DNA from: an uncultured Planctomycetota bacterium
GTDB lineage: Bacteria > Planctomycetota > Planctomycetia > Isosphaerales > Isosphaeraceae
Assembly (NCBI GenBank): GCA_963845755.1
Contig: CAWJTV010000029.1
Coordinates: 64,001-128,000, forward strand
Direction: 5' to 3'
Length of the DNA: 64,000 nucleotides
Part shown: piece after piece, positions 18,437-28,851 of the stretch
How the letters are laid out: every line of letters begins with the position of its first letter
How positions within the stretch are numbered: the first letter of the stretch is position 1
The notes under the pieces: generated by a model
What the model was told of the DNA's origin: nothing
Seen by the model: only the letters and a program-made list of their open reading frames with translations
The model's database searches: none
Position numbers and translations under genes: made by a program

Positions 18437-18731
18437 GCCCCCTCCACTTCGCCTAAATCCTGCTTGTTCGGACATTTTGTGCATAAGATTACTTATACGT
18501 TCAGTTCAAGGTGAAATCAGCGTAAAATACGCTGATTCCGGCCCGTTAGCCTCGAAAAACCTCGTCGTATAATGAGCTTATGCTGGGTTTCTATTCCAAT
18601 GCTACTCACGTTCCTTTCACGAGTGAGCCTGCGATCGAATGCTGGAGCAGATCTCTGGGCGTGCCGATCAACCGCCAGGACCGGCTGCTTCGGTTCCCGC
18701 GGTTTCCGTGGCTGGCGACGCGCATCAACGA

Positions 18732-20106
18732 TCACGTCTCGATGTACGTCCCGAAGATATTGGGGTTGCTGGTGGAGGCGGTGTTGGAGATGACGTGGGC
18801 CAGCGTGAAGGCGTCAATGTAAACGGTCGTCCCCGTTGCAATGTACAGGCCGCCGCCCTCCCCCAGGGGGTCAGCGGGCCAGGGGTCGCCCGGGGCGTTC
18901 GAGCCCCCATAGGCATGATTGGTTGTTACGGTGACGCTGGTCAGAGTGACCGTACCGGCGGCAACCTCCAGCCCGCCCCCGAAACCGTTGCCGCCGGCCC
19001 CGCCGTTGGTGCTGCCGGGCCCACCCCCGCCGGGGGGGCTGCCGGTCCCACCGTTTCCGCCCTGAGTGGTATTGGAGGACAGTGCGGAGTTTGACACGCT
19101 GACCGTGCCGCCGCTCACCTGCAGCGCGCCCCCGAAACCGTTGCCGCCGTGGCCGCCATAGCCCGCCGATCCTGCGCCGCCTTGGCCCCCCTGGGCGACA
19201 TTGGAAGAAAGGGTGTTGGTGCTGAGTGTGACCGTGCCGCCAGCGACCTCGAGCGCGCCCCCGAACCCGTTGCCGCCGGTGCCGCCTGTACCCCCACTCG
19301 AGTATGTGCCGACGCCTTGGCCGCCCTGAGCCGTATTGGAGGACAGGGTCACGCTGGTCAGGGTGGCCGTTCCGCCGGCAACGTAGAGCCCGCCTCCGGA
19401 CCCGTTGCCGCCGCTCGGTGCCCGACCTTGCACCGCCATCAATCCGGCGCTACTACCACCGAGTGCCTGGTTGTTCTGAACCGTGGTGCTGCCTTCCAAC
19501 GTCAGCGAGGCGCTCGAGTAGATGCCGCCGCCGGCTGCGTTCTGACCGGCAGATGACCGGGTCGGTGGGGTGCCCTGCGCGATGTTGTTCTGCACGGTCA
19601 CGCCGTTGAGGGTCAGGGCACCCTGGTTATCAATCGCCCCGCCGTCGGCCGAGATCCCCGAGCCCGATGCCAACCCGCCTTGCAGCGTCATGTTCCCCAG
19701 CGTCAGCGATGCCCCGGCCGCCACGTCCAACAGCCGAAAGCTTGGCGTTCCCGAGGCCGTGCTCCGCTCAATGGTGTCGCCGCTGCCGACGATCGTCAGG
19801 GTGTCATTGGCGGCAATCACCGGCAGCGCCGTTGGCGCCGTCGGTGGAGTTGTTCACAGCCGTCAGGACATAGGGCGAAGTTGTCGGGGCCGTCAGGGTG
19901 ATGGTGTTGGACCCGCCGGCCGTGTTGGAGGCGGTGATGTCGGCGATCAGGACCGCCACGTTGGCGGCGGAGTAATTCGACAGCACCACGCGGTCGTCGA
20001 GGTGCTCCAGGAACAGGCGCGTGCCCCGGCGTGTCGTCCGCGGCTCCTGGCGCCGCCTCCAGGAGGGCACCGATTTCCACGACGCCAGTTAAGAATTGAA
20101 CCACAT
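18732..20106 (-). pseudogene. Gly-rich secreted LEPRxLL-type protein (in-frame TAA at codon 6 and a frameshift near 19830)
   Basis: AAAGGAG RBS, MWFNS*LASW...LFLEHLDDRVVLS, then repeated GGNGFGGAL/T-L-S-S-N units. Confidence 0.7.
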
Positions 20107-20277
20107 CGTCAGTCTCCTTTCCCGAGCCAGTCTGCGATCGAATGCCGGAAGTCGCCTGGCGCGCAGACTCGAGCGCCAGGGGCCGGCCGGGTCGGTGAAC
20201 TTTCTGCCTGACGGCCAGGGACTCACCGGCCGCATTGTTCCTGTTCCGCGCGTCCGCTCATCGTTTTCTGAGCGGGT

Positions 20278-22947
20278 TTACGGCCTGGCCGCCGGCTTCA
20301 CCGCGGCCTTCGCTTCTGCCAACTTCTGCTGCCACTCTTTCGCCTTGTCTGGCTGCCTCGTCGCTTCGTAGAGCTGTACGAGCCGTTCCAGAGCCTGGAT
20401 CAGGACTCTCTGGCTCGGCGCGGGAATCTTCGCCTCGCGCTGCTTCAATCCCTGGTAGCCGGCCAGCAGCAGCGGTTCGGCGCCGGCATCGTTTTTCTGG
20501 TCCAGCAGCGCGGCGCCCAACAGGGATTTCGTGGCAAACGTGGTCCAGGCGTTGGGCTCCTTTTTCTCTCGAATCGCCAGGCACTCGCGAAGGAGCGGCT
20601 CGGCCTTGACAGGTTGGCCGGCCCGGATGTAGCCCCTGCCAAGGTTGGTCATAACCACGAGGGTGTGATCGTGGTCGGGGCCGAACTTGGTCTTGATCGG
20701 TTTGAGGATCTCCTCGAACAAGGGCAGGGCCAGGTCGAGCTTGCCGGAGTCCTGGTAGCTCAGGGCGAGACTGTTCATACTTCCAAGCGTGTCGGGGTGG
20801 TCGGGGCCGAACTTCGCCTTCCTCCGCTTGAGCGTCTCCTCGAAGAGCGGCAGGGCCAGGTCGAGCTTGCCGGAGTCCCGGTAGGTCAAGGCGAGATTGT
20901 TCATGGTGGTGAGAGTGTGGGCCCGGTCAGGGCCGAGCTTCGCCTTGGTCAGCCTGACCGTCTCCTCGAACAAGGGCAGGGCCAGGTCGAGCTTGCCGGC
21001 GGCCCGGTAACCCAGGGCGAGATTGTTCATGCTCTGGAGCGTCTCCTCGTGGTCGGGACCGAGCGTCGCCTTCCTCCGCTCGAGTGTCTCCTCGTGGAGC
21101 GGCAGGGCCAGGTCGAGCTTGCCGGCCTCCTGGTAGTCCAGGGCGAGATTGTTCATGCTCTGGAGCGTGTCCTTGTGGTCGGGGCCGAGCGTCGCCTTCC
21201 TTCGCTCGAGCGTCTCCTTGAAGAGCGGCAGGGCCAGGTCGAGCTTGCCGGCGTCCTGGTAGCCCCAGGCGAGCTGGTTCATGCTTTGGAGCGTGTCGGA
21301 GTGATCGGGGCCGAGTTGATCCGTGAAGGTCGTTCGGGCTTTGCTCAACAGCCGAATGGCCTTGTCCGCGTAGCCCAGGCCGAGTTGAGATACACCGAGT
21401 GTTAATTGCATTCGTGCGACGGCCAGGGAGTCGCCGATGACCTCGCCTTCCAGTTCGGTGGTGGCCTGGTCGAGACGTTCGCCCAGCAGGGCCTGAAGCG
21501 GCTTGCCTTCTTGTTCCGCGGCTTCCGGATTCAGGTCCTTGAAGATCGACCCCAGAATCTCATTGGCCTTCTCGATCTGCGTCAGCCGACGCTGGGCCGT
21601 CTCTTTCGCCTGGCGCTCGGCTCGGGCGGTGCGCTCGGCCCGAAGCAACCCCAACGAAGTGCCGATCACTCCGCCCACCAGCGCCAGCAGCACCAGGCTC
21701 GCGGCCAGTACCGGCCCCCGGTTCCGCCGCACGAACTTCCTCACCCGATAGCTGGCGCCCGGCGGCCCCGCCAATACTGGCTGGTCGTCCAGATAGTGCC
21801 GCACATCCGCCGCGAAGGCGCTGGCCGTCTCGTAGCGCCGCGCCCGGTCCTTCTCCAGCGCTTTCATCATGATCCAGTCCAGCTCGCCGCGCATCAGGCC
21901 GCTCAGCTTCTTCGGCTCCGTCCCGCGGTTGGCCGCGATCGACGGCAGCGCCTCCGTCGTACCCAGCCGGGTGCTGGGCCTGGTCGCTTCTTCCTCGCGG
22001 ACGAGCCGCAACAACTCCAGGATCGCGACTTGCTTGATCCGCTTCTGCTCCAGCGGCGTGGTCCCGGTCAGCAGCTCATACAGGAGCACGCCCAGGGAAT
22101 AGATGTCGCTGCGCGTGTCCACATCCAGTTGATCGAGCACGGCCTGCTCGGGGCTCATGTACTCGAACGTACCGACGATGGCCCCGAACTCGGTGTAGAG
22201 TGTCCGCTCCGTCAGCTTGGAACCGGTCGCTTTGGCCACGCCGAAGTCGATCAGCTTGGGCGTCGGCTTGCCGTCGTAAATGCAAACCATGACGTTGGAC
22301 GGCTTCAGGTCGCGGTGAATGATCCCCTTTTGATGGGCGTGCTGGACAGCCTGACAGACCGGAACGAACAGCTCCAGCCGCTCTCGGGGCGTCAAGTGGT
22401 GTTCGTCACAGTACCGGGTGATGGGCACCCCCTTGACGAGCTCCATGACGAAGTAGGGGCGGCCGCTGCCGGTGGTGCCCGCGTCGAGCACCTTGGCGAT
22501 GTTAGGATGGTCCATCAGCGCCAGCGCCTGCCGCTCGACTTCGAAGCGCGCGATGATCTGCCGGCTATCCATGCCGGCCTTGATGAGCTTCAGCGCGACC
22601 TTGCGCTGCACGGGATGGGCTTGTTCGGCCATATAGACGGTGCCCATGCCGCCTTCGCCGATCTCCTGCAACAGCTTGTACGGTCCAATGACGGTGCCGG
22701 CATGCTCCGCCGCCGGAGCGGGCGGCGATTGGGTTGCGTCACCGCTGAGCGGAGGGGCCTGGGTCCTGCCCCCCAGTGGGCCAGCGGGCTCTTCCAGAAA
22801 GCCAGGGTCGGTGGCGTGGGCCTTCAGCAAGGCCTCCACCTGGGCCTTGAGGTCGTCATTCCCGGCGCAGACCGCGTCAAGGTAGGCGGCTTGCTCACCC
22901 GGCGTAGCGAGCTTCAGGGCGTTGCCGAAGATCTGGCTCTCGTTCAC
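20278..22947 (-). CDS. Hanks-type Ser/Thr protein kinase with TM segment and 42-aa TPR repeats
   Basis: IGEGGMGTVY, VALKLIK, HRDLKPSN, DFGVAK, YMSPEQ; repeats LGPDHxxTLxSMNNLA..GKLDLALPLFEE. Confidence 0.95.
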   Translation of the reverse strand: MNESQIFGNALKLATPGEQAAYLDAVCAGNDDLKAQVEALLKAHATDPGFLEEPAGPLGGRTQAPPLSGDATQSPPAPAAEHAGTVIGPYKLLQEIGEGGMGTVYMAEQAHPVQRKVALKLIKAGMDSRQIIARFEVERQALALMDHPNIAKVLDAGTTGSGRPYFVMELVKGVPITRYCDEHHLTPRERLELFVPVCQAVQHAHQKGIIHRDLKPSNVMVCIYDGKPTPKLIDFGVAKATGSKLTERTLYTEFGAIVGTFEYMSPEQAVLDQLDVDTRSDIYSLGVLLYELLTGTTPLEQKRIKQVAILELLRLVREEEATRPSTRLGTTEALPSIAANRGTEPKKLSGLMRGELDWIMMKALEKDRARRYETASAFAADVRHYLDDQPVLAGPPGASYRVRKFVRRNRGPVLAASLVLLALVGGVIGTSLGLLRAERTARAERQAKETAQRRLTQIEKANEILGSIFKDLNPEAAEQEGKPLQALLGERLDQATTELEGEVIGDSLAVARMQLTLGVSQLGLGYADKAIRLLSKARTTFTDQLGPDHSDTLQSMNQLAWGYQDAGKLDLALPLFKETLERRKATLGPDHKDTLQSMNNLALDYQEAGKLDLALPLHEETLERRKATLGPDHEETLQSMNNLALGYRAAGKLDLALPLFEETVRLTKAKLGPDRAHTLTTMNNLALTYRDSGKLDLALPLFEETLKRRKAKFGPDHPDTLGSMNSLALSYQDSGKLDLALPLFEEILKPIKTKFGPDHDHTLVVMTNLGRGYIRAGQPVKAEPLLRECLAIREKKEPNAWTTFATKSLLGAALLDQKNDAGAEPLLLAGYQGLKQREAKIPAPSQRVLIQALERLVQLYEATRQPDKAKEWQQKLAEAKAAVKPAARP

Positions 22948-23005
22948 GGGATGTCTCCTCCCGACACCAATGCGCCGTCCGGAGAGGAAACCCCCGACGG
23001 TTTTT

Positions 23006-23587
23006 TCAAGTTTTTTCCATTTCGCGTTTCAGCCAGGCCTTGGCATAGGTCCAGTCGGCCTCGGCGGTCAACTGCGAGATGCCGAGGATCTCGGCCACCT
23101 CCGGCAGAGTGAGGCCGGCGAAGTAGCGGAGCTTCACCAACCGGGCCCGGCGGGGTGACGCCGCTTCAAGCCGCGCGAGGGCTTCGTCGAGCGTCAGCAG
23201 ATCGACCGCATCCACCGGCGCCGAAATGGCCGGCTCGTTCCCTTCAAGGGGCGCTTTCCGCAGTTGGCCCGCGTGACGCAGCCGCCGCTTGCGGCGGGCC
23301 GTGTTGACCAGGATCCGCCGCATGGCTTCGGCGGCGGCGGCGAAGAAGTGCCCCCGACTGTCCCAGCGGGGCTCCGCGCCCTCGGACTCACGGTTGGGCT
23401 CCACCATCAGCCTGAGGTAAGCCTCGTGCACCAGGGCCGTGGCCTGCAGGGTCTGGCCGGGCTTTTCCTGAGCCAGTCTCTGGGTGGCAAGCTTGCGAAG
23501 CTCGTCATAGACCAGGGGCAGAAGTTGCTCGGCGGCTTTCGAGTCGCCCTGCTCGATCGCAGAGAGGATCTGGGTAACGACGTTCAT
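23006..23587 (-). CDS. ECF sigma factor, TIGR02999 type (kinase-associated)
   Basis: LLPLVYDELRKLA, PGQTLQATALVHEAYLRL, FFAAAAEAMRRILV, VKLRYFAGL. Confidence 0.92.
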   Translation of the reverse strand: MNVVTQILSAIEQGDSKAAEQLLPLVYDELRKLATQRLAQEKPGQTLQATALVHEAYLRLMVEPNRESEGAEPRWDSRGHFFAAAAEAMRRILVNTARRKRRLRHAGQLRKAPLEGNEPAISAPVDAVDLLTLDEALARLEAASPRRARLVKLRYFAGLTLPEVAEILGISQLTAEADWTYAKAWLKREMEKT

Positions 23588-23932
23588 GGGCGGCGTACCG
23601 AGGACCACCCTTCCGACGACCCGACCGACCCTCGAGCCTCGTTGCTCGGGAGTGATTGAGAAGGGTGAGCGCGGATGGGATCATTGGCCAAGAATGAGCT
23701 TAACCCGCCGCGATTCCGCAACTCGGGGGGTCTTGAGCAACCGAGACGGTCCCCCGTGCTCAGTTTCGTAGGTTTTCCGGTTTTCCGGCTTGCAGAGGAT
23801 GGGAGGGAAGCACTTTCGCGACGTGCTGGGGCGCGGACTTGGAGTCGGGGACAGAGTCTCCTCGGGACCGCCGCCACGGGCATCGTGGCGGGGTCAGGTC
23901 GCGGGGCATGCCGGTCCGATCTTCAGCGTAGC

Positions 23933-25168
23933 TCAGGGAGCCCGGACCAACCGACCCGACCAGGGCGCTCGGCAGCCCACCAAGCCTCGATCCAAGGCCC
24001 GCGCCAACGCGATCAGTGTCAAGGTCGCGCACAGTGCCGGCTTGAGGTCCCTGAGCCAGAAGCTTTGCATCAAGGCATATACCACGAACGACGTCAGCAG
24101 GAAATTGACGATCGCCTGAGCCGCGTGCTTGAAGCAGTGGTTCAAACCCCAATGCGTTGCCAGCGTGTTGAAGCCATCGTTCTCGATGTCCCAGCGGGCA
24201 TGGCCAAACCGCCACAGCCCGCGCGTCGAGAGTGGGACTTCGTCAGCGTCGTGGCCCACGACCAAGTCGTCGTCTCGTCCGTCTCCTGCCACTGGCCGGC
24301 GATCCGCTCTCGCTTTCGCACGGTCTCCTCGGTGCGCGAGAACCGCAGCGGTTGCTGGACGCCTTCGCACGAGGTGAACCCGTCCTCGTCCCAAACTGGA
24401 CGGTGCGCTGCGCTTTCTCATCGACCCAACCACCGGGCTGCTGATGGGCAAACAACCCCGCCGCGTCCTGCACCAGCAGTCGATTCTCTCCCTTGGCCGT
24501 GACGATGACATGCTTCTGATGATCCCGGCAGAAGTTGATGAAGGGCGTGTCGAAGTAGAAGGCGTCGCCGGCCACCACATCGAAGAAGCGAGGATATTGG
24601 GTGAACACCCGTTCGAGGAGTCGCTTGGCGGCGGTCTCTTCCCCCTCGCCGGGCCGGAGCAATTCGACATCCAAGACCAGCGCCAGATCTTGACCGATCA
24701 GATGGCAGACCGCCCCCTGATGATAGAATTCCGTCACCTTCTCCCCATCGACGGTGAGGGTCCGGGTCTGGCAGTCCGGGCAACACCGCTTCCGGCTCGA
24801 GAAGAACTCATGGCCGTCCACCGCCGCGACGTACCAGCCCTCGTGGCTGGTCAACGCCTTGTTCCGCTTGAGTCGGTGGGCGATGTCGCCGACCATGTCC
24901 CTCAGGGGTTGGCTGTCCATCAGCGCATCGATGCGGCCGAGGGAGTTGACGCTGGGGACCTTCGCCCCCACGATGCCTGCAGCCGGGCGGGGATGCGCAG
25001 GTCCGGCTCGAGGTCATTGAGACTGCGGCGGCGGGTGGCGAAGAGCGTAAAGGCACTGGCGAAGGCCGCGGCGGTGGGGATGCGAGGCCGGAGCCGAGAG
25101 TCGGTCAGGGTGAAGAATCGCTCTCCCAACCCGAAGACCTTCTCGACATAGGCACAGAATCGTGCCAT
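23933..25168 (-). pseudogene. DDE_Tnp_1-like transposase, several frameshifts
   Basis: DSRLRPRIP, AAVDGHEF..CCPDC, VAGDAFY, ARWDIENDGFNTL spread over three frames. Confidence 0.85.
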
Positions 25169-25537
25169 CACGGTGAAGCGGCCTCCGATCCCGAGGGCGC
25201 CTGGCGTTGCGCGAGGGACTGTTTCTGCTGCACGAGGTCCTGGAGGTTGTGCTGAGACATCTCAAGCAGTCGCTTGACCCGGCGCCCGGCCTGGACCGCT
25301 TGGCGGACCGGGTCGTGGAGGGCCTTGGGGATATAGGTGCCGATCTGCTTGCCCTCCGAGCGGGTGTAGAGATAGAGAGCCGGATGCTTTTGGCTACGCT
25401 GGCACCGGCAATACGGCTTACCACAAGAGCGATACCGAAGCCGAGCGAGCCGCGGAGAAACGGTTCGTTGGCGAGGATTTGAGCGGCGGGGAGCGTGCCT
25501 GGCGTTCCGGGCTGGAACGTTGAGTCCGTGAAGTCAT
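25168..25537 (-). CDS. DUF6788-like small Cys/His protein (frameshifted; absent from the ORF track)
   Basis: AGGAG RBS, MTSRTQ.../FLRGSL/RYRSCGKPYCRCQRSQKHPALYL...; TGATG stop/start overlap with the transposase. Confidence 0.65.
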
Positions 25538-26658
25538 CGAGGTCTCCTGTTCTGGGCGAGGAATTATACGCCAGTACAGGTGGCCCAGGTCGAGGCGCGA
25601 GCGAGTGCGAATTTGCTCAGTTGTGCGGAGAGCGATAACCGGAAGACGGATCGGAGGTTATCCCTCCGCAAAAAACTCAATTGTGAGCTTAACCCTCCGG
25701 CGCTCCGAAAGACAGCCACACGAGGTCCGACGAACATCGTCATGAATCGGATTCGACCGTCACTTTTCCCCTGATGACACGAATGTTGAGACTGGTGGCG
25801 AATTCGTCTGCTGGCGGGTTTCCCCTTCACCGTGGTCCCCATCTCTCCCAGGCTCCGGCCGATCGGCCACCGACGGGAATTCGCCACCAGTGTCGCAAGG
25901 TTGGGCGGCTGAGAAGGTCCCAACACGACGCGCGATGGCGGCGAGTTGCCCCGTCTCGGCGCTCATAGATGATCGAGGACCCGGCCCGCCAGTGCATGGC
26001 GACACCGCCCTGCCGGGCGAGCAACTGCCCGACGAGGCGAGCGAGTTCTTGCCGCTGGCTCTGTGTGAGTTGGTCCCAAAGGGGCGGTCCACTGAGGTGC
26101 GGACTCGTCCGCTTCAGGGTTGGGGGGGACCGGTCCGGACCCGTGCCTGCGCAGGGTGAAGCTCCTGGTTGTTGAGAGTGGTGCCGCCACCACCGGGTCA
26201 GTCCCAGCAATGCCGCAACGGCGATTGTAGGCGGCGCGGCTGAGGCGGGACAGCCGCTCGCATGGGTTGCAGTCTGAAGTTGCTTTGAAGACGCGCCACT
26301 GACGATCCGAGACTACCGACGAGCTTTCGTCTTATCACCATCCACGCACGCATAATTACATGAATGATATCGACCTCGAGAGTGAGACCCGGTCCCACCT
26401 GACCCGGGTTCACTCCGAGGGGTCCGCTTCCGATCGACCACTTACGGCGATCAGGGCTGATCGTCGTCACGACCATCACCGCCCATTCCAGGAATTTCCT
26501 GAATTCAGGCGCTGAGTCCGAACAAAGTGCGTATAATTAGGAATAATGGGACTTCACAGGGGCGTTCGGGGTGCGCAAAGAGACAAAGAAAGCAGAAACG
26601 AGAATGCAGAACAATGAGTGCATGGATCGTGAACGTGCTCGAAACGCCCAGGGCGAAA

Positions 26659-26758
26659 CGACGAAACGAAGCCACAATGGTGTCCAAGATTGCACGATCT
26701 CGACGAAACGAAGCCACTACCGTATCCGACAAGCAGGAAATCGAGGATACGAAGCCAC
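26659..26758. repeat. Three copies of a 17-bp direct repeat with 41-42 bp period
   Basis: CGACGAAACGAAGCCAC at 26659 and 26701; CGAGGATACGAAGCCAC at 26742. Confidence 0.7.
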
Positions 26759-27084
26759 GATTGTATGGTCTGAGCGGAAAATAACGAATACATCAAGAAT
26801 GGTGACAACAGAAAATCAGATAAAATACGCAAAGAAAGACGACTAGGAAAAATGCACCGATTTTCTGGAATATCGCGGGTTGATGTTGAGTGACGGGAGG
26901 TATCCGGCGTTTCGTGATCACGAGAATGAACTCCTTCTCGCGTTGCTCGTAAATGGGGAGTGAGATGGCGTTCTCCGAGAAAGCCCACCCCGGCCCGATT
27001 CGCCAAACTTCTGGACCCGTTCAGCCGATCAGTAAAAGAAGGTAATTGAGGGGGTTCATGATCACCGAATCGAGATTGCCTGCG

Positions 27085-27113
27085 TTGACGACTCTACGGG
27101 GATGGGCTATGGT
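27085..27113 (+). promoter_or_regulatory. Possible sigma70 promoter of the kds operon
   Basis: TTGACG-17bp-TATGGT. Confidence 0.4.
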
Positions 27114-27174
27114 GCGGCCGCCGGTGGGCAGGGCCGGTAGGGGGATGTTGTCGACTGGGGCAGGGAGGCCCACG

Positions 27175-28196
27175 ATGGCGATGATCACGGATTGGTCGCT
27201 GGCCTCGGATACCGAGGCCGAGGGCCTGGCCTTTGCGCGCGAGGTGCTCCGGATCGAGGCGGAGGCGATCGAGCGCGTCCGCGAGCGGCTGGGTGAGGTG
27301 ATCGCGCGGCCGCCGAATTGATCCATCGGGCGACGGGGAACGTGATCGTCACGGGGATAGGCAAGACGGGCGTCGTGGGTCAGAAGCTTGCCGGGACCCT
27401 GTCGTCGACCGGTACCCGGGCCTTTACCCTTCACCCCGCCGAGGCCGTGCACGGCGACCTCGGCCGGATCCGTGCCGACGATGTGGTGATCGCGCTCTCG
27501 CAGAGTGGTGAGACCGAAGAAGTCCTGCGTCTCGTGCCGGCCTTACGCCGGCTGGGGGCCTGCCTGATCGCGATCACCGAGCGGGCCGGCAGCTCGCTGG
27601 GCCGCGCCGCCGATCTGTGCATCGCACTCGGATCGGTCGAGGAGGCGTGTCCGCTGGGGCTGGCACCCACCGCCAGCACGACCGTGCTCATGGCCGTCGG
27701 CGACGCCCTGGCGCTTCTGGTCAGCCGGCTTCGCGACTTCACCGCCAACGACTTCGCCCTGAACCACCCCGCGGGGAGCCTCGGCCGGAAGCTCATGCGC
27801 GTCGAAGAGTTGATGCGTACCAATCGGAAGCTCCGTACGGCCCACGTCGAGGAGTCCGTTCGATCGGTCTTCGTCCGGTTGGCCGGTCCCCGTCGACGCT
27901 CCGGCGCGGTCCTGATCGTCAACGCCCACTCGGTGCTGCTGGGCATCTTCACCGATAGCGACCTGGCCCGGCTCTTCGAGATGCGCCGCGAGGCCGATCT
28001 CGATGGTCCCATCGGGGCCGTCATGACCCCCGACCCTTACTGCATCCGCGTCGGCGCCACGCTGGCCGAGGCGGTCGAGGTGATGAAGTTGCACAAGATC
28101 AGCGAGCTGCCGGTCGTCGACCGCGGCAGCGGGCTGGTCGGCCTCGTCGACGTCACCGACCTGATCGGGCTCCTGCCCGCGGATTTCGAGGAGTAA
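27175..28196 (+). CDS. kdsD: Arabinose-5-phosphate isomerase KpsF/GutQ (frameshift near 27310)
   Basis: AREVLRIEAEAI; VTGIGKTG, HPAEAVHGDLG, EACPLGLAPTAST, NHPAGSLG; CBS pair. Confidence 0.9.
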
Positions 28197-28203
28197 GCGG
28201 CCC

Positions 28204-28725
28204 ATGAGTACGAATGTGCTCGACCGGGCCGAGCTGGCCGAGCGTTGTCAGCCGATCGAGCTGCTGATCGTCGATGTTGACGGCGTCCTGACCGACGGCG
28301 TCATCGCGGTCGATGATCGCGGGCACGAGACCAAGCATTTCCACGTGCGCGACGGGCTGGCGTTCGCCCTCTGGCATCAGGCGGGCAAGCGGTCGGCGAT
28401 CCTCTCGGGTCGACGGACGGCGGCCGTCGATCGTCGAGCGGCCGAGCTGAAGATCCCTCATGTCATCCAGGGGGCGGCCGAGAAGGCCAGCCCCTTTCGC
28501 GCCTTGCTCGAAGAGCTCGGCCTGGGACCCCGGCAGGCCTGCTTCATCGGCGACGACCTCCCCGACTTGCCGGTCCTCCGCGCCGTCGGGCTGGCCGCGT
28601 GTCCCGCGGACGCCGCCGAGGAGGTCCGTCAGGCCGCCCATCTCGTCGCCCACGCGCCGGGCGGCCGCGGCACCGTCCGGGAGGTTGTCGAGGTCATCCT
28701 GAAGTCTCAAGGGAAATGGGTCTGA
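28204..28725 (+). CDS. kdsC: KDO-8-phosphate phosphatase
   Basis: DVDGVLTDG, FHVRDG, GDDLPD, GGRGTVREVVE; follows kdsD. Confidence 0.93.
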   Translation: MSTNVLDRAELAERCQPIELLIVDVDGVLTDGVIAVDDRGHETKHFHVRDGLAFALWHQAGKRSAILSGRRTAAVDRRAAELKIPHVIQGAAEKASPFRALLEELGLGPRQACFIGDDLPDLPVLRAVGLAACPADAAEEVRQAAHLVAHAPGGRGTVREVVEVILKSQGKWV

Positions 28726-28851
28726 GGGTTCGTCCCTGGTCCTCAGACCACCTCATAAGCCGACTCACTGCCTCGAGCTGACACGGGACGCGTGACGTCA
28801 TTCGGATGATCCTCCTGGCGGGGCTAACCCAGGACAAAGGGCTCAGGACGA

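Larger units (their letters stand above)
23708..25618 (-). mobile_element. Putative two-gene IS element (DUF6788-like protein + DDE transposase); ends uncertain
   Basis: Imperfect IRs CCGCGATTCCGCAACTC (23708-23724) and GAGTGCGAATTTGCTC (25603-25618) enclose both ORFs. Confidence 0.5.

Noticed and set aside
25827..26210. Possible remnant of small ORFs from a serine-recombinase element (LWDQLTQSQRQELARL)
   Set aside because: Too short, and no recombinase nearby to support the call
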